A DNA stretch of 64,000 bases from an uncultured bacterium (lineage in GTDB: Bacteria; Zixibacteria; MSB-5A5; UBA10806). The stretch lies in assembly GCA_965541585.1 (NCBI GenBank), contig CBEUCH010000007.1, forward strand, positions 48,962 to 112,961, in the 5' to 3' direction. Position 1 is the first letter of the stretch, and each line of letters opens with the position of its first letter. Made by a program: the position numbers and the translations under genes. Below the pieces are notes generated by a model. The model made no database searches. It had not been told where the DNA came from and saw nothing but the letters and a program-made list of their open reading frames with translations. This document shows positions 60,243-64,000 of this stretch, piece by piece.

Positions 60243-61232
60243 GTGGCGAGAATCGAAAACGGCATCAGATTCGGCGATTATTTCTCGATCGATCCGACGC
60301 GGAAATCAGATCTGGCTGTTGTCAGCCATGCCCATTCGGATCACCTCAAGGCGCACCGGAAAATAATGGCCACCGGCCCGACGATCGAGCTGGCTCGTCT
60401 TCGATATAAGAGATTCGAGGCAGCCACTGTTGATTATCATAGAAAATTCGAGATAGGCCCGGCGACCATTGAGCTGGCCCCGGCGGGCCATATGCTCGGT
60501 TCGGCCCAGGTGGTCTTAGACTGGCACGGTGAGAGAATTGTCTACACCGGTGATTTTAAGCTGGAGGAGAATTACACCTGTGCCAAAGCGGAAATCCATC
60601 CGTGCGATACTCTCCTGATCGATGCCACCTACGGGAAGCCTCATTATAGATTTCCGCCCATTGCAGAATGCCGGGAGAGACTTCTGGAGTTTGTCATCGG
60701 GAATATAACGGGGGGGGTAGTGCCGGTTATACTGGCCTATTCTCTTGGTAAAGCCCAGGAGGCGATGAAGATTCTTGCTAATGAGGGTGTCGAGATCGAC
60801 GCCCACAAAACAGCATACGAAGCCGCCATGATTTACGGCCGTCATGGAGTCGAGATAAAAGGATTACATCTGCTTGATGGGAAGCCAAAGCAAGAGAGAG
60901 CCCTGATAATGCCTCCCGGCGGTTTCAGATATATTAATCCGTATGGCTGGGGACGATTCAAAACCTGTTTCCTTTCCGGTTGGTCTATTGATAAACGATA
61001 CGGATCCCGGGGAGGGAACAGCATCGGGATACCGTTTTCTGATCATGCCTCCTTCGATGATATAGTTCGATACGTGGAAATCGCCAAACCCAGGAGGATC
61101 TTTACACTTTTCGGTCCGCCGGAAATAGCTGAATATCTCAGAAGAATCGGCTTCAACGCCGAGGCAACCGATCTGAACCGGGACCGGAGCCTGGATCGGA
61201 AAGGTGGTGGCAACATGGATCTTTTCGCATGA
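60243..61232 (+). CDS. MBL-fold metallo-hydrolase (ligase-associated / beta-CASP-like exonuclease)
   Basis: VVSHAHSDHLKAH (HxHxDH) metallo-beta-lactamase motif; further His and Asp ligands downstream. Confidence 0.75.
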   Translation: MARIENGIRFGDYFSIDPTRKSDLAVVSHAHSDHLKAHRKIMATGPTIELARLRYKRFEAATVDYHRKFEIGPATIELAPAGHMLGSAQVVLDWHGERIVYTGDFKLEENYTCAKAEIHPCDTLLIDATYGKPHYRFPPIAECRERLLEFVIGNITGGVVPVILAYSLGKAQEAMKILANEGVEIDAHKTAYEAAMIYGRHGVEIKGLHLLDGKPKQERALIMPPGGFRYINPYGWGRFKTCFLSGWSIDKRYGSRGGNSIGIPFSDHASFDDIVRYVEIAKPRRIFTLFGPPEIAEYLRRIGFNAEATDLNRDRSLDRKGGGNMDLFA

Positions 61233-61310
61233 ATTCCATCCAAATTGCCGAGTTGTCCGCCAGGATATTCGACGATCTTATCGCATCCGAGTATTTCCGA
61301 TAAAAAATAC

Positions 61311-61339
61311 TTGACAGGTTACGAATTTGATGGTATTAT
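61311..61339 (+). promoter_or_regulatory. near-consensus sigma70 promoter (TTGACA-17 nt-TATTAT) about 400 nt upstream of glmS
   Basis: TTGACA at 61311-61316, TATTAT at 61334-61339, with exactly 17-nt spacing. Confidence 0.5.
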
Positions 61340-61747
61340 TGATTATATTCTCGGCGAAGCATAAACATCTTGCAAATATGGAGTTTGCCTGAAAGATCTT
61401 CTGATATGGATGTTAGCTGTCAGGGATCCAGTGGGAATTGCGAAGGAAGCAGTCAAAGAGTTGGGTCGCAAAGCCGCTTTGCTCGCGGTCGGGCAGAAGG
61501 GTGCATACTGTGGCAGCCTTGAGAATAGAATTACTGGTCGACATTACCGGCCCGGATTGGCGTTTAAGCCGGTGCTCTCTTGGTGGAACTTTCCCGGGAT
61601 GTGAGGCTTAAAAAGGGGTTGAATATGTGCCGACAATATGCCTGGAGGGGTATCCGCAGAGGAAAAATCTGAGGGCCGGGATAAAATATCCGGGATCGTA
61701 ACCGTTGTTGGTCAGTGATTAAGAGAAGTCAACAGGAGGCTTAATAG

Positions 61748-63574
61748 ATGTGCGGGATAGTGGGATATGTTGGTCCCCAGAAGGCATGTCCGATCTTGAT
61801 AGAAGGGCTTAAGCGTCAGGAATATCGAGGCTACGATTCAGCCGGCGTTGCCCTTATTGAAAATGGCGAGATAGTAATTCAAAAAAGCGCCGGCAAGATC
61901 GCAGCTCTGGAGGCCGATCTTGAAGGTCGCGATTTTGAGGCGAATTCGGGTATTGCCCATACCCGATGGGCTACGCATGGCGAACCGACTGATGTTAATG
62001 CACATCCTCATACCGGTATGACCGGGAAAATTGCGGTTGTGCACAATGGCATAATCGAGAATTACGCGGCGTTGAGGGAGGTTCTGAAACGCCAGGGACG
62101 CGTCTTCAGGACCGAAACAGACACCGAGATTTTAGCTCATTTGATTGAAGAGTATTACGATGGCAATCTGCTTCAAGCTGTTCGCAGTGCATTAACTCAG
62201 GTCGAAGGCACTTATGGCATAGCGGTAATCTGTATTGACAACCCGGATATGATGGTTGCCGCCAGATCCGGCTCCCCTCTGGTCATCGGCAGCGGCGAAG
62301 GCGAAAACTTTGTGGCCTCGGATGTTGCGGCTATCTTAAGGTATACCAACAGGGTTGTTTATCTTGAGGATGGCGAATTAGCCGAGGTAACACCATCCAG
62401 ATTCTCTATAACCACGCTCGATGATGTGACCGTGACACCCCATCTGCAGGAGATCTCCTGGAGTCTGGATATGATCGAAAAGGGTGGATACGATCATTTC
62501 ATGTTAAAAGAGATTTTCGAGCAACCTGAAACACTGAAAAATGCCATGAGGGGCAGACTGAGTTTTGAAGATGCCACGGCTCGCCTTAATGGCTTAAACC
62601 TTCAATATGATGAACTGCATCATATTCGGCGCATCATAATTACCGCCTGCGGTACGAGCTGGCATGCGGCGCTGATCGGGGAGTATCTGATAGAGGAATA
62701 TGCCCGGATCCCGGTAGAGGTCGAGTATGCCTCGGAATTTCGCTATCGAAGTCCCATAATCGATCCAGGTACCGTAGTATTGGTTATTTCTCAGTCGGGG
62801 GAGACAGCGGATACGCTGGCCGCCATGCGCGAAGCGAAACGCAAGGGCGCAACTTGCCTGGGGATCTGCAACGTGGTTGGCTCAACTATCGCAAGGGAAT
62901 CCGATGGAGGGGTATATATCCATGCCGGTCCGGAGATCGGGGTCGCCTCCACCAAGGCTTTCACTTCTCAGATAATGGTTCTCTCCCTTATCACCATCCT
63001 GCTGGCCCGGATGCGGTCTATGTCTTACGAAAAAGGCGAGGAGTTGATCGAGGCTTTGAATGGGGTTCCCGAGCAGGTAAAGACGGTGTTGTCCCTTAAT
63101 GATGAAATCAAGCATCTGGCGGAAAAATATCACGATAAGAATAATTTCCTGTATCTCGGCCGTGGAATAAGCTTCCCCGTGGCGCTGGAGGGCGCCTTAA
63201 AGCTCAAGGAAATCAGTTATATTCATGCCGAGGGTTATCCGGCCGCTGAGATGAAACATGGACCGATCGCTTTAATCGATGAGAACATGCCTGTTGTGGT
63301 TCTGGCGCCGAAAGATTCGGTTCACAGCAAGGTTATCTCCAACATGTCGGAGATAAAAGCCCGCAAGGGGTTGATAATCGGAATCGCGACCCGGGGCGAC
63401 GAGAAGATCACTGAAATGGCTGACGAGGTTATATATATTCCGGAGGTGAACGATTTTATACTTCCGATTGTGGGCATAATTCCTCTACAGCTTCTGGCAT
63501 ATCATATGGCCGTGTTGAGAGGATGCGACGTGGATCAGCCGCGAAATTTGGCTAAAAGCGTTACCGTTGAATGA
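61748..63574 (+). CDS. glmS: glutamine--fructose-6-phosphate aminotransferase (isomerising)
   Basis: N-terminal MCGIVGYVG (Ntn Cys) and two SIS domains (SQSGETADT). Confidence 0.96.
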   Translation: MCGIVGYVGPQKACPILIEGLKRQEYRGYDSAGVALIENGEIVIQKSAGKIAALEADLEGRDFEANSGIAHTRWATHGEPTDVNAHPHTGMTGKIAVVHNGIIENYAALREVLKRQGRVFRTETDTEILAHLIEEYYDGNLLQAVRSALTQVEGTYGIAVICIDNPDMMVAARSGSPLVIGSGEGENFVASDVAAILRYTNRVVYLEDGELAEVTPSRFSITTLDDVTVTPHLQEISWSLDMIEKGGYDHFMLKEIFEQPETLKNAMRGRLSFEDATARLNGLNLQYDELHHIRRIIITACGTSWHAALIGEYLIEEYARIPVEVEYASEFRYRSPIIDPGTVVLVISQSGETADTLAAMREAKRKGATCLGICNVVGSTIARESDGGVYIHAGPEIGVASTKAFTSQIMVLSLITILLARMRSMSYEKGEELIEALNGVPEQVKTVLSLNDEIKHLAEKYHDKNNFLYLGRGISFPVALEGALKLKEISYIHAEGYPAAEMKHGPIALIDENMPVVVLAPKDSVHSKVISNMSEIKARKGLIIGIATRGDEKITEMADEVIYIPEVNDFILPIVGIIPLQLLAYHMAVLRGCDVDQPRNLAKSVTVE

Positions 63575-63613
63575 GTTTGAACCGGGGAACTTCAGAAAAT
63601 CAAGGAGGCTGCC

Positions 63614-64000
63614 TATGGCAGGAAAAATCAAGCGAAAGTTGCAGAAGGACAAAAAACTGCTGGTGGAGATGTATCATCGACGGGGGATGTCATTGACGGA
63701 TATCGCCAGGAAATACGGGTGCAGCCGTCAGTATATCCAGTTGGTCTTCATAGCGTTGGGGATCCGGCGGAGAAACCGTCAAGAAGCTTTAAGACTATCC
63801 CCCAAAAGGAGAAAAAGCAGGTTCGATTTTCAGCCAAAACACGACAGATTCATAGCTGCCAATTACGAAAGAATGGCCGATCACGAGATCGCTCTCAGGC
63901 TAAATAAACCGGTGAATGCTGTTACCTATCGAAGATTGACGGTGCTGTGCAAGAAGAAGGGAGTCCGGCGGAATTTTTCCGCAGAGGAAGACGATTTCAT
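63614..64000 (+). CDS. helix-turn-helix domain protein, 5' partial (runs off the window end)
   Basis: AAGGAGG RBS then ATG 63614; open frame to the window end; GMSLTDIARKYGCSRQYIQ is an HTH (sigma-70 region 4 / resolvase-like). Absent from the ORF track because it has no stop within the window. Confidence 0.4.

Noticed and set aside
61410-61604. 64-aa ORF in the glmS leader
   Set aside because: No RBS and no motif. It is better explained as part of a non-coding leader or sRNA.
61233-61747. glmS ribozyme upstream of glmS
   Set aside because: The conserved glmS-ribozyme core sequences are not recognisable in the leader. The long leader is instead reported as a possible sRNA or structured 5' UTR.

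Overview
This 64-kb window is a bacterial chromosomal segment at about 52-55% GC, gene-dense and mostly on the + strand. The lipid A genes (a fused lpxC-fabZ, lpxA, lpxB, waaA, lpxK) and an SurA-like chaperone point to a diderm, and the LpxC-FabZ fusion suggests an FCB-like lineage. The core is ordinary housekeeping: dnaE, cspA, ltaE, an ABC exporter pair, a galE-like epimerase, mscS, comM/yifB, the lipid A/Kdo cluster, nadB, guaA, ispB, eno, ftsB, recO, glyQS, galT, yggS, divIVA, a purine nucleoside phosphorylase (PNP), ileS-dksA/traR-lspA-rluD and glmS. I found no tRNA, rRNA or CRISPR array. Three AT-rich (about 35-40% GC) insertions interrupt this core and look horizontally acquired. (1) 21.1-23.5 kb carries a Dam-family N6-adenine methyltransferase operonic with a ParB/Srx-nuclease-domain protein. 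(2) 37.37-38.85 kb carries a TIR-domain protein with an unknown N-terminal domain plus a 79-aa two-helix membrane protein, surrounded by hairpin repeats. This is the best candidate for an undescribed defence module. (3) 45.9-50.0 kb carries an HNH-like Cys-rich protein, a PD-(D/E)xK-like protein and a GIY-YIG nuclease, flanking glyQS and bracketed by a composite family of short hairpin repeats that show compensatory stem substitutions. Other points are 9-nt poly-G tracts in two promoter regions, two genes whose conserved N-termini extend upstream of any canonical start codon, and a near-consensus promoter followed by a roughly 400-nt leader ahead of glmS.
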